NCBI RefSeq assembly: GCF_035084215.1
Contig: NC_090335.1
Coordinates: 13,020,001-13,084,000, forward strand
Direction of reading: 5' to 3'
From: Heptranchias perlo
Lineage: Eukaryota
Length of the DNA: 64,000 nucleotides
Shown here: positions 24,130 to 36,485 of the stretch, in pieces
Numbering within the stretch: the stretch's first letter is position 1
How the letters are laid out: each line of letters starts with the position of its first letter
Notes under the pieces: model-generated
What the model was told of the DNA's origin: nothing
The model's database searches: none
The model's input: only the letters and a program-made list of their open reading frames with translations
Made by a program: the position numbers and the translations under genes

Positions 24130-26450
24130 GTCAAAGGACTGCTCCAGATGTTCTGATGTCTCCCTGGAGGTCTTCGTGGAGGAGGTCAGGGCAAGGAGGG
24201 AGGTGCTGTTCCCCAGAGAATGCCATTATTCAGCAGTCTGGGCACAGGTGGTTGAGAGGGCGAGTGCCAGCAGCATCACCCCAGGACCTGGTGTCGGTGT
24301 AGGAAGAGGTTCAATGATCTCACAAGAGCAGCAAGGGTGAGTACAGCTCTTCATCTCTCCACATATCAGCAACATCTGACAACACTCCTTTCACCCTCTC
24401 CCCCACCACTCTCAACAAGTCCCTCCCCTCCATCACATCCTTTAACATACAATCACAAAGGCACACTGCAACACCTCTCTTTCTCATTCCAAACACACTC
24501 ACCTCTTCCTTTGCTCTCCGCACGCCGCTCACTAACACCATTCTCTTCTCACATCCTCGCACTTGCACAACCAGCAGCTCCTCCCAGAACTCCTTCCTCA
24601 CCTCACATTCCACACACTTGGCTTTCCATTCATCACCTGCCCATCCTGATTCCACTGTGCTTCTCTCCAGCTCTCAGCACACGCACTATGTGCACAAACC
24701 CTACACATCTCCACTTTCCTTTTCAACAGCCTCTCATTAACACTCGCCCTCTCTTTCTGCAGCACATAATGCCAGGGAGAGAAGCAAGACCAGGGGAGGA
24801 GTGCCTGACATCATAGCCCTCACCCAAATGGAGCAAGAGGCCCTAGAGATTAGTGGCCCGGCAAAGTCATGAGCATCGGGGAAGACGAGGCTGGCGACCT
24901 GTATGAGCAGGATGTCCGCAGATTACTTGTAACCTTCATTCACCTCAATAAATATTCAGCCAACTTCACAACTTCAAGCTACATTCTGAAGACTGCCACC
25001 TGCTAAATGTCCAGCCTCTCAGTGCCATCCCAACTCTTGTCCCTTTTCTCTTTCCTCTAGGTCCTTCTCAGTACCTGGACCGTGCTGGAGAAGATACCTC
25101 AGAGGAGGACAATCTCCCTGAGGATGCACCATCACGTGCTCCACCCCTCCCAGGTACCAGCTCAGACCCTGGAATTCCATGTGAGTTAGACAGTGAGCTA
25201 AAGAGGTCTGCACATAGTGAAACACCCAGTACAAGTGAGCAGCAGCAGGTACTGGTGGCGGGGACAGCCCTGGAGACAGCTCAACAGGGGGCAAGGTCCT
25301 CTCCCAGCTCAGCTGAACAGGACAGGGATGAGGACATCAGGGGCCCAGCTATGAAAAGTAAACTGTTTGCCTCACACAAGCAGTTATATCAGGTAATGGA
25401 AGGCCTGTCAAGGAGTTTCTGCACCATGGGTGAAAGTACGGAGGAGTCCACTTCCTGCCTGTGTGATGTGATCTCTCATGGTATCAGCACCATGCAGTCT
25501 ACCTTGGAGAGTGTGGCCACCTCCAGGGACACTACAGCCGGGCCCTCATGACAGGTGCTGATGTTACCAGTCTTTGCAGCTTTGGTGAAAGCTCAGTCGG
25601 CTGCTATGCAGGTTCTGGGCTCCACCTTGGTGATACAGGAGTCCATCTTGGATAGATTGGTGGATTAAACAGGTAGGGGTTTTCAAGGAGTCACTCGTCT
25701 TCTGCACTCAGCTGTCCTGCAGATCAGTGGAAGTGATGAGCCGCAGCGATGGGGAGCCGTCGTGTTTCTTTCTCTCAGGATGTCAGCATGTCTGATCCTT
25801 CGTCAGCCCCTCAACAAATACCCACCATGATGACAGTAAGTCAGCTGGGCCAGGCACGTCCCCGGCAGGAGCTGAGCTGCAGCAGTCTGCAGCTGGGTCC
25901 TCAGAGGCTCGAGCTCCTCGATCACCGGCCAAGATCATCTCCAGGGTCCCAACAGGAGCGACAACCGCCTTCCACCAGCTCTGCTGAGGTCACTGCGAGA
26001 GCACCTTGTAGGAGTAGTAGTTAATAAATCTTCTTATAGGCAAGGCACCATGGATTGACACTTGAGTGAGAAATGAATGGAAGACAATGATTGTGTTGGG
26101 AATTAAATTCATCACTTTTATCACATTTGGCCCTTTTTGTCTGCAGTGAGGTTTTACAGCAGCTTCTGAGTCTGCATTGTCAGTATGTCATTGATCTAGA
26201 AATTCGTTGAATAGTTTCAATGTTCTTCAATGCAGGATGAAGGGAGTGATGAAGGGGGCAACAAGGACGGTTAATGCAACGGGGCTTTGTGTAAGTTTTC
26301 AGGGCAGAGGGTGAGCAGGTCACCGGAATCAATGAGCAATCAGCTGATCCCTCACATCTCTTGCTGCAAGGTGTTGAGGTGGTCCTCCTCCTCCTTCTGT
26401 GTGCTCCCTCACCTTCCCTTTCATCTTCCTCATCTGATGAGGATTCCTGA
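24130..26450. mobile_element. Second, more decayed Harbinger element (Myb/SANT gene remnants on +, probable acidic transposase C-terminus on -)
   Basis: SDVSLEVFVEEVRARREVLFP (~24150-24215); CRKRFNDLTRAAR|GTGAGT (~24298-24342); HNARERSKTRGG (~24763-24800); acidic SSSDEEDEREGE on - near 26410-26450. Confidence 0.6.
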
Positions 26451-26644
26451 TGCTGTTGGGCCTCCTCCAAATGCAAAAGTGTGAGAAAGAAGCAATCTGG
26501 AAGCTGGAAACTCTGCTGGCAATCCAAACAGCACAATGTTACATCAATCCTGTGCTCGAATTAACTGCAGGTGAGCACCCCTATAAATACTGCTTCAGTG
26601 GCTCTGAAGAGACCAATCCCACTGGGTTTCACCGATGGGTTGGA

Positions 26645-27027
26645 CATAGAATCATAGAAGGAGGCCATTCAACCCATCATGCCTGTGCCGGCTCTTTGAA
26701 AGAGCTATCCAATTAGTCTCATTGCCCTGTTCTTGCCCCACTGCCCTGCAATTTTTTCCACTTCATGTATTTATCCAATTCTCTTTTGAAAGCTATTATT
26801 GAATCTGCTTCCACCATTTCAGGCAGTGCATTCCAGATCATTACAACTCGCTGCGTAAAATATTTTTTCCTCATGTCACCTCTGGTTCTTTTGCCAATTA
26901 CCTTAAATCTGTGTCCTCTGGTTACTGACCCTTCTGCCACTGGAAACAGTTTCTCCTTATTTTCTCTATCAAAATCGTTCATGATTTTGAACACCTCTAT
27001 TAAATCTCCCCTTTACATACTCTGCTT
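26645..27027 (-). mobile_element. CR1 LINE 3' end
   Basis: FKIMNDFDRENKEKLFPV...TRGHRFKV...FTQRVVMIWNALP plus 3' UTR. Confidence 0.85.
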
Positions 27028-27139
27028 TGTGATTTTATATTGACCCTGCCTGCCTCTGTCGGAGACAGAGAACCAGAGGGAGAAAGAGAGCCAGAGACAG
27101 AATGAAAGGGTCAGAGAGAGAGGCAAAGAGCGTCAGAGA

Positions 27140-28300
27140 GACCCTGCAGTTAAATGCGGTGTCCAGCAGGCGGTGCTGTCTCTCTGCAATTACAAGCCGT
27201 GCCCTGCGGGCGGTGCTGTCTCCCCGCGGCGGCCTGCAGTTACAGGCAGTGGCCGGTGGGCGGTGCTGTTTCCCCGCGGCGGCCTGTAGTTACAGGCGGT
27301 GGCCGGCGGGCGGTGCTGTCTCCCCGCAGTTACAGGCGGTGGCCAGCGGGCGGCGCTGTCTCCCCGCAGAGACCTGTAGTTACAGGCGGTGGCCGGCGGG
27401 CGGCGCTGTCTCCCTGTAGTTACAGGCAGTGGCCGGCGGGCGGCGCTGTCTCCCTGTAGTTACAGGCGGTGGCCGGCGGGCGGCGCTGTCTCCCCCGGCG
27501 GCCTGCAGTTACAGGCGGTGGCCGGCGGGCGGCGCTGTCTCCCTGCAGTTACAGGCGGTGACCGGCGGGCGGCGCTGTCTCCCACGGCGGCCTGCAGTTA
27601 CAGGCGGTGACCGGCGGGCGGCGCTGTCTCCCCCCCGGCGGCCTGCAGTTACAGGCGGTGACCGGCGGGCGGCGCTGTCTCCCCGCAGAGACCTGCAGTT
27701 ACAGGCGGTGACCGGCGGGCGGCGCTGTCTCCCCGCAGAGACCTGTAGTTACAGGCGGTGGCCGGCGGGCGGCGCTGTCTCCCCGCAGAGACCTGTAGTT
27801 ACAGGCGGTGGCCGGCGGGCGGCGCTGTCTCCCCGCAGAGACCTGCAGTTACAGGCGGTGACCGGCGGGCGGCGCTGTCTCCCCCCGGCGGCCTGCAGTT
27901 ACAGGCGGTGACCGGCGGGCGGCGCTGTCTCCCCCCGGCGGCCTGCAGTTACAGGCGGTGGCCAGCGGGCGGCGCTGTCTCCCCCCGGCGGCCTGTAGTT
28001 ACAGGCGGTGACCGGCGGGCGGCGCTGTCTCCCCGCAGAGACCTGTAGTTACAGGCGGTGGCCGGCGGGCGGCGCTGTCTCCCCCCGGCGGCCTGCAGTT
28101 ACAGGCGGTGGCCGGCGGGCGGCGCTGTCTCCCCCGGCGGCCTGCAGTTACAGGCGGTGACCGGCGGGCGGCGCTGTCTCCCCGCAGAGACCTGCAGTTA
28201 CAGGCGGTGGCCGGCGGGCGGCGCTGTCTCCCCCCGGCGGCCTGCAGTTACAGGCGGTGACCGGCGGGCGGCGCTGTCTCCCCCCCGGCGGCCTGCAGTT
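27140..28300. repeat. GC-rich minisatellite with 39-51-bp units (CCTGYAGTTACAGGCGGTGRCCGGCGGGCGGCGCTGTCTC plus variable spacer), about 24 copies
   Basis: Direct inspection; spacer variants are CCCGCAGAGA, CCCCCGGCGG or none. Confidence 0.9.
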
Positions 28301-28468
28301 CCCCCCGCGGCCCGCAGGCTGCGCTGCCCCGCTCCCCGCCCTCCCGGCCCCTGGTTTCCGCCTCATTTGTCTTTTCTCTCCCGGTCGGTGCGCAGCGAGA
28401 AATGAGAAGCGGCGGATCGGCGGGGCCCGAGCGACAGACGCAGTGAGCCGGCGGGCCCCTCGGTGACC

Positions 28469-28673
28469 ATGGCGTCGGCGGACGGTCCGGGCCCGGGCCT
28501 GGGAGCGGGAGGCGGCCCCGGTTGTGGCGCTGGCGCGGCGCCGCTGCCCCGCAGCCTGGAACGGGCGCTGGAGGAGGCCGCGGGCTCGGGGACCCTGGGC
28601 TTCAGCGGCCGCAAACTGAAGGAGTTCCCGCGGAGCGCGGCCGGACACGACCTGAGCGACACGGTGCAAGCAG
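28469..28673 (+). CDS. LRCH1: Leucine-rich repeat and calponin homology domain-containing protein 1, coding exon 1 (68 codons plus a phase-1 G)
   Basis: Kozak context ACCATGG. Peptide RSLERALEEAAGSGTLGFSGRKLKEFPRSAAGHDLSDTVQA matches the LRCH N-terminal motif, and HDLSDTVQA(D) fits LRCH1 as I recall it better than LRCH2/3/4. Donor CAG|GTGGGT at 28673/28674. Later exons were not found in the window. Confidence 0.85.
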
Positions 28674-29249
28674 GTGGGTGCCAGCGGCTTAACTAGAGGC
28701 TAACTAGCATACCTGACATAACTAGCGTAATTTGCCGGGGCCAGAGATCTTAGCACTGGTCCAGAGAGCAACTGACAGAAGTACCTTGTGTAAGTTAGTA
28801 TAACTAGTGGGAAAGTTAATGATAACAAAGTGTGAGCTGCAGGTGGAACTGAGTTACCTATTGATGTAACTGGTGTTAACAATGTGTTACTAGTATAACC
28901 ATTAAAGGTGTAAATTATAACTGCAGACTTGTGGGGATGATTTAGACCTTGTGTAGAGTACATCAGAAACAGGGCTCAAGTGTCTCAAACTGAAAAGTAT
29001 AACTAGTTGCTAATTGCTAGTTGCCATAATTAAAATGACTAATACAACTATTGTGTACTGGAGAACATTAAATGGGTGAAAGGTCAGACTCACTCTGACT
29101 CTGCTAATTTAACTAGTGTAGTTGAGTGGCTGGGAATTATTTGCAGTGGATAACAAAACTTGAAGAGTTGTCTTTGAGAGAACATAACCAGGATAACTAA
29201 TAACTAATGGAAGTAATGTGTTGTCATGTGTAACAACAAGTGGGCCGAA

Positions 29250-32200
29250 GTGTTGTATACTGTCTGGAGTGAGTACACGGATGTTGTACACAGTGTCTGG
29301 AGTGAGTACATGGATGTTGTACACAGTGTCTGGAGTGAGTACACGGATGTTGTACACAGTGTCTGGGGTGAGTACACGGATGTTGTACACAGTGTCTGGG
29401 GTGAGTACACGGATGTTGTACACAGTGTCTGGGGTGAGTACACGGATGTTGTACACAGTGTCTGGGGTGAGTACACGGATGTTGTACACAGTGTCTGGGG
29501 TGAGTACACGGATGTTGTACACAGTGTCTGGGGTGAGTACACGGATGTTGTACACAGTGTCTGGGGTGAGTACACGCATGTTGTACGCAGTGTCTGGGGT
29601 GAGTACACGCATGTTGTACACAGTGTCTGGGGTGAGTACACGCATGTACACAGTGTCTGGGGTGAGTACACGCATGTTGTACGCAGTGTCTGGGGTGAGT
29701 AGACGGATGTTGTACGCAGTGTCTGGGGTGAGTAGACGGATGTTGTACGCAGTGTCTGGGGTGAGTAGACGGATGTTGTACGCAGTGTCTGGGGTGAGTA
29801 GACGGATGTTGTACGCAGTGTCTGGGGTGAGTAGACGGATGTTGTACGCAGTGTCTGGGGTGAGTAGACGGATGTTGTACGCAGTGTCTGGGGTGAGTAG
29901 ACGGATGTTGTACGCAGTGTCTGGGGTGAGTAGACGGATGTTGTATACAGTGTCTGGGGTGAGTAGACGGGGGCGGTGTATACAGTGTCTGGGGTGAGTA
30001 AACGGGGGCGGTGTGTACAGTGTCTGGGGTGAGTAGACGGATGTTGTACACAGTGTCTGGGGTGAGTAGACGGATGTTGTACGCAGTGTCTGGGGTGAGT
30101 AGACGGATGTTGTACGCAGTGTCTGGGGTGAGTAGACGGATGTTGTACGCAGTGTCTGGGGTGAGTAGACGGATGTTGTACGCAGTGTCTGGGGTGAGTA
30201 GACGGATGTTGTACGCAGTGTCTGGGGTGAGTAGACGGATGTTGTACGCAGTGTCTGGGGTGAGTAGACGGATGTTGTACGCAGTGTCTGGGGTGAGTAG
30301 ACGGATGTTGTACGCAGTGTCTGGGGTGAGTAGACGGGGGCGGTGTGTTCAGTGTCTGGGGTGAGTAGACGGGGGCGGTGTGTTCAGTGTCTGGGGTGAG
30401 TAGACGGGGGCGGTGTACACAGTGTCTGGGGTGAGTAGACGGGGGCGGTGTGTACATTGTCTGGGGTGAGTAGACGGGGGCGGTGTGTACAGTGTCTGGG
30501 GTGAGTAGACGGGGGCGGTGTGTACAGTGTCTGGGGTGAGTCGATGGGGGCGGTGTGTGCAGTGTCTTGGGTGAGTAGACCGGGGCGGTGTGTACAGTGT
30601 CTGGGGTGAGTAGACGGGGGCGGTGTGTACAGTGTCTGGGGTGAGTCGATGGGGGCGGTGTGTACAGTGTCTTGGGTGAGTAGACGGGGGCGGTGTGTAC
30701 AGTGTCTGGGGTGAGCAGACGGGGTCGGTGCGTACAGTGTCTGGGGTGAGCAGACGGGGTCGGTGCGTACAGTGTCTGGGGTGAGCAGACGGGGGCGGTG
30801 CGTACAGTGTCTGGGGTGAGCAGACGGGGGCGGTGCGTGCAGTGTCTGGGGTGAGTAGACGGGGGCGGTGTGTACAGTGTCTGGGGTGAGTAGACTGATG
30901 TTGTACACAGTGTCTGGGGTGAGTAGACTGATGTTGTACACAGTGTCTGGGGTGAGTAGACGGGGGCGGTGCGTACAGTGTCTGGGGTGAGCAGACGGGG
31001 GCGGTGCGTGCAGTGTCTGGGGTGAGTAGACGGGGGCGGTGCGTGCAGTGTCTGGGGTGAGTAGACGGGGGCGGTGCGTGCAGTGTCTGGGGTGAGTAGA
31101 CGGGGGCGGTGCGTACAGTGTCTGGGGTGAGTACACGGATGTTGTACACAGTGTCTGGGGTGAGTACACGGATGTTGTACAGTGTGTCTGGGGTGAGTAC
31201 ACGCATGTTGTACACAGTGTCTGGGGTGAGTACACGCATGTTGTACGCAGTGTCTGGGGTGAGTACACACATGTTGTACACAGTGTCTGGGGTGAGTACA
31301 CGCATGTACACAGTGTCTGGGGTGAGTACACGCATGTTGTACGCAGTGTCTGGGGTGAGTACACGCATGTTGTACGCAGTGTCTGGGGTGAGTAGACGCA
31401 TGTTGTACGCAGTGTCTGGGGTGAGTACACGGATGTTGTACGCAGTGTCTGGGGTGAGTAGACGGATGTTGTACGCAGTGTCTGGGGTGAGTAGACGGAT
31501 GTTGTACGCAGTGTCTGGGGTGAGTAGACGGATGTTGTACGCAGTGTCTGGGGTGAGTAGACGGATGTTGTACGCAGTGTCTGGGGTGAGTAGACGGATG
31601 TTGTACACAGTGTCTGGGGTGAGTAGACGGGGGTGGTGTATACAGTGTCTGGGGTGAGTAAACGGGGGCGGTGTGTACAGTGTCTGGGGTGAGTAGACGG
31701 ATGTTGTACACAGTGTCTGGGGTGAGTAGACGGATGTTGTACGCAGTGTCTGGGGTGAGTAGACGGATGTTGTACGCAGTGTCTGGGGTGAGTAGACGGA
31801 TGTTGTACGCAGTGTCTGGGGTGAGTAGACGGATGTTGTACGCAGTGTCTGGGGTGAGTAGACGGATGTTGTACGCAGTGTCTGGGGTGAGTAGACGGAT
31901 GTTGTACGCAGTGTCTGGGGTGAGTAGACGGGGGCGGTGTGTTCAGTGTCTGGGGTGAGTAGACGGGGGCGGTGTGTACAGTGTCTGGGGTGAGCAGACG
32001 GGGTCGGTGCGTACAGTGTCTGGGGTGAGCAGACGGGGTCGGTGCGTACAGTGTCTGGGGTGAGCAGACGGGGTCGGTGCGTACAGTGTCTGGGGTGAGC
32101 AGACGGGGGCGGTGCGTACAGTGTCTGGGGTGAGCAGACGGGGGCGGTGCATGCAGTGTCTGGGGTGAGTAGACGGGGGCGGTGTGTACAGTGTCTGGGG

Positions 32201-32752
32201 TGAGTAGACTGATGTTGTACACAGTGTCTGGGGTGAGTAGACTGATGTTGTACACAGTGTCTGGGGTGAGTAGACGGGGGCGGTGTGTACAGTGTCTGGG
32301 GTGAGTAGACGGGGGCGGTGTGTACAGTGTCTGGGGTGAGCAGACGGGGGCGGTGTGTACTGTGTCTGGGGTGAGCAGACGGGGTCGGTGCGTACAGTGT
32401 CTGGGGTGAGCAGACGGGGGCGGTGCGTGCAGTGTCTGGGGTGAGTAGACGGGGGCGGTGTGTACAGTGTCTGGGGTGAGTAGACTGATGTTGTACACAG
32501 TGTCTGGGGTGAGTAGACTGATGTTGTACACAGTGTCTGGGGTGAGTAGACGGGGGCGGTGTGTACAGTGTCTGGGGTGAGCAGACGGGGGCGGTGCGTG
32601 CAGTGTCTGGGGTGAGCAGACGGGGGCGGTGCGTACAGTGTCTGGGGTGAGTAGACGGGGCGGTGCGTACAGTGTCTGGGGTGAGTAGACGGGGGCGGTG
32701 CGTGCAGTGTCTGGGGTGAGTAGACGGCGGCGGTGTGTACAGTGTCTGGGGT
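29250..32752. repeat. 3.5-kb minisatellite of mixed 33-bp and 35-bp units sharing CAGTGTCTGGGGTGAGYA, about 100 copies
   Basis: 33-bp type ends SACGGATGTTGTACR; 35-bp type ends GACGGGGGCGGTGYGTA. Confidence 0.95.
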
Positions 32753-33170
32753 GTGCGGCTGACGTTAAATGAAATGATTACGTTCAAGAATTCCAAAAAC
32801 CAAGGGCAAGCAGATCGCCTTGGGTTATTGGTGCCTTTACAAATGGAGTGTTTCGTGTGTATTCATTGAAGTGAGGGACGTTGACTATTGGAAATCGAGC
32901 TTTTTCCTCCTCTTGGCGCATAATGTCAGCACCATTCATGCCCATCTGAACTAGTCCACAGTCAGGTGAACAGTGACGCTCCTTCTAATCTGCTCCATCA
33001 ATACCCGTTAAACCTGACCTTGGAGGGACATTGCCTGCAATGCGAGTGTTCATCATGATATGAACCCTCCCGCTTTCACTGGGTGAGATCAGAGGTTCAC
33101 TACTCATTGCTGTGACCCTCACTGACTGGGGACTTATTTGAAACATACTCACTGCCCATTTCACCTGGGA

Positions 33171-33330
33171 GGGGGCAATTTTGACTTTGCATTGCTAGTG
33201 AGTAGCCTTGCCCCCCGGTAATACCCATCAAAAAATAGGGTATTCTGTGTACAGGTTTAACCTAATTTGTGATATGGACTAACAGAGAGTGAGGCTATCC
33301 ACCAGCCACACTAAGTAGGAAAGTTACCCC
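33171..33330. mobile_element. Possible degraded MITE related to 19467-19631
   Basis: Begins GGGGCAATTTTGACTTTG and ends AAAGTTACCCC. Confidence 0.35.
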
Positions 33331-33927
33331 AGGATCTTCACAAATGTGTGAACGAGAGTAAGGAAAAGGACTTCCATCTCATCACTCTGGTTCAAACCCA
33401 GACCCCAGGCTGGAAGCTGTTGGCCAGTCAGGAACTTGCCGTGTGAGGAATTATAACGGAGAAGCAATAGTATGCAATGTAACGTGGCAACCATACTCTG
33501 GAGTGCTGTACTATCAGGTCGTCATGGAAACTGGATTGTTTAAAATAAGCAAAAGCCATAGTATCAGAACAGCACCTTGTGCGTCTCTGGTTAGTAACAG
33601 GAGGCCTGAATTAGCATGGTGAGGGAAGTTGCGGTGTGATGGGAATAATACTGAAGGTAGTTGTTATCCACAGGGATGTGTTTCAGGGGCCAGGTCCTGC
33701 TTTATCAAACATGCTTTAGAGGATTATTTGGCCAAATCTTTTTTTGCTGATTGTGAGTGTGGTTATTGTGACACGGTAAAGGGCATGATTCATTTGCACC
33801 CTCCAAGTGACCTTAATCCGATGAACCCGTGCTTCACTGATGATAGTTTTAACACTCGCTCGGCAGTTCCATGACCGTGTTCCTTTTATTCCATTCCATG
33901 TAGTGATGATGATGACAGGTAAATGCT

Positions 33928-35333
33928 AAGAACATAAGAAATAGGAGCAGGAGTAGGCCATATGTCCCCTCGAGCCTGTTCCGCCATTCAATCAGATCTC
34001 AACTCACTTTCCTACCTGACCCCCATATCCCTTGATTCCCCGAGAGTCCAAAAATCTATCGATCTCAGTCTTGAATATATTCAATGACTTGGCATCCACA
34101 GCCCTTTGGGGTAGAGAATTTCAAAGATTCACAGCTCTCTGAGTGAGGAAATGCCTCCTTATCTTAGTTTTAAATGGCCGACCCCTTCCCCCTAGCATCT
34201 ACCCCCTCAGAATCTTATAAGTTTCAATAAGATCACCTCTCATTCTTCTAAACTCCAGAGAATTTAGGCCCATTGTAGTCTAACCTCTCCTCATAGGCCA
34301 ACCCTCTCATCCCGGGAATCAATCTAGTGAACCTTCGTTGCACCGCCTCTGAGGCAAGTATATCCTTCCTTAGATAAGGAGATCAAAACTGTACACAGTA
34401 CTCCAGGTGTGGTCTCAGGGCCTGTAGAATTGTAGCAGGACTTCCTCACTCTTGTACTCCAACCCCCTTGCAATAAAAGCCAACATGCCATTTGCCTTCC
34501 TAATTGCTTGCTGTACCTGCGTGCTAACTTTCTGTGTTTCTTGTACCAGGACACCAAAGACACTCTCAACACCAACATTTAATAGTTTCTCACCATTTAA
34601 AAAATATTCTGTTTTTCTATTCTTCCTGCCAAAGTGAATAACCTCACATTTCCCCACATTATACTCCATCTGCCACCTTCTTGCCCACTCACTTAACTGG
34701 TCTATATCTCCTTGCAGACTCTTTGTGTCCTCCTCGCAGCTTAATTTCCCACCTAGCTTTGTATCGTCAGCAAACTTCATCTAAATCATTAATACAGATT
34801 GTAAATAGCTGAGGCCCAAGCACTGATCATTGCAGCATCCCACTAGTTATAGCCTGACAACCTGAAAATGACCCATTTATCCCTACTCTCTGTTTTCTGT
34901 CCTTTAGCCAATCCTCTATCCATGCTAATATATTACCCCCAACCCCATGAGCCCTTACCTTGTGTAACAACCTTTTATGTGGCACCTTATCGAATGCCTT
35001 TTGAAAATCCAAATATACTACATCCACTGGTTCCCCTTTATCTACCCTGCTAGTTACACCCTCAAAGACTCTAATAAATTTGTCAAACACAATTTCCCTT
35101 TCATAAAACCATGTTGATTCTGTCCAATCATATTATGATTTTCTAAGTGCCCCGTTACCACTTCCTTAATAATGAATTCCAGCATTTCCCCGACTACTGA
35201 TGTCAGGCTAACTGGCCTGTAGTTCCCTGTTTTCTTTCTCCCTCCTTTCTTGAATGTCGGGGTTACATTTGCTACCTTCCAATCCGCTGGGACTGTTCTA
35301 GAATCTAGGGAATTTTGGAAGATCACAACCAAT
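33928..35333 (-). mobile_element. CR1 LINE 5'-truncated RT fragment with internal deletions
   Basis: [47 protein letters not shown] motifs and 3' UTR. Confidence 0.9.
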
Positions 35334-36359
35334 GAATGTTTGAGAACATTCGGCGGGAGCCACAGCAAGCAATGTAGATGGAGCTGTCTGTGCGTTTATT
35401 GAGAGCAGTGCCTCCCTCTTTAACGTGGCTTTTATTGGTGTGTCATTGAGTAGCTCTCGGGGACTCCTTGGGTCTGACAGAGAATCACCCTCCCATTGTA
35501 CTGTGCCAGGATACAGCAACAAGAGTTAAAACTGGCAGGAGGAAAGTTTGTGACCAACGTCAGGAAGAATTTCACTATGTGCTCGACATTTGGATAGGCC
35601 TGGGTCGGGCTGGGCCAGGTCGTGAAAATCTCATTCAAGAGTTAGTTAGATGACATGATGGAGCAGTGTAAAGTTTTTATTGTGGATAGATGAGAGTGCC
35701 CTCCCTCATCTGGATCAATCCTGGTGTCTGGAATATTCTGTTATGTTGAGGTGAGTATTGACCGTTCACATTATGAAAGGATCCGATTCTTGTGCCTTGA
35801 ATTGTGCGACCTCAAATTATAAGCGCAATTTATTTAAGATGTGTCTTTGTGTTTTTTTTAAAAGAGGTCCCTCTTGTGATGAACTCTTGTGATAAGTCTG
35901 GCACTGCCCTATCAGTGACATCGTTTGAGGTGAAGAGCCCAAGTATAAATGGTACAGTGTGCAATTTTACCACCACCCAATGGGTGAGCAGTTTACGCCT
36001 CCAATGGTTGCTGGATGAGGGTGCCCTGCTGATTGTGGGCATTGGGCCCCCATCACTCACATCCAGAACTGCTCGCAGTGAGGTCAAGGGATCCCTGGAT
36101 TACACATTATTCCCTGTGGTGGAAACAACCCAGTTAATAGGGCTGATTCATGAGATTGTTGACTGTACAGGAGGAGAAGATAGATATGGCGTAACTGTAG
36201 AGAGCTGCGCTACTTCCAGAAGCCATCTACATTTCTGCTGACTTGACTGCTCCCCAAGTCACCAAATACAATGTTAGTCTGTCTGTACCTGAAGAAACTG
36301 AGTTGCTAAAACCCGATAATCTCTAGATCCTTGTACAGCATGCAAGTTTCTGACTCTTT

Positions 36360-36485
36360 TGTGTTTGTGGGATCTTGCTGTGCACAAATTCGATGCTGCG
36401 TTTCCTACATTGCAACAGTACTTTATTTCCTGTAAAGCGCTTTGGGATGCCTTGAGGTTGTGAAAGGCGCTATATAAATGCATGT
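36360..36485 (+). mobile_element. Deu-SINE 3' fragment
   Basis: GTTTGTGGGATCTTGCTGTGCACAAATT...AAAGGCGCTATATAAATGCA. Confidence 0.65.

Larger units (their letters stand above)
27140..28690 (+). promoter_or_regulatory. CpG island and putative promoter of the LRCH gene
   Basis: Very high GC and CpG content against an AT-rich background; GC-box-like GGGCGG motifs; spans the first coding exon. Confidence 0.65.

Noticed and set aside
27102-28466. Overlapping Arg/Gly/Ala-rich ORFs
   Set aside because: Translation of the GC-rich promoter minisatellite.
28463-28696. 77-aa ORF as a complete small protein
   Set aside because: It is LRCH exon 1 read through the donor at 28674; the true start is most likely ATG 28469, not GTG 28463.
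29250-32752. CRISPR-like appearance (constant part plus variable part)
   Set aside because: The variable halves are a few recurring variants rather than unique spacers; vertebrate context and no cas genes.
29109-32796. Very long ORFs (835, 815 and 715 aa) with HPRHC/LTPDT repeats
   Set aside because: By-products of a stop-poor minisatellite that is open in several frames on both strands; no domain content.
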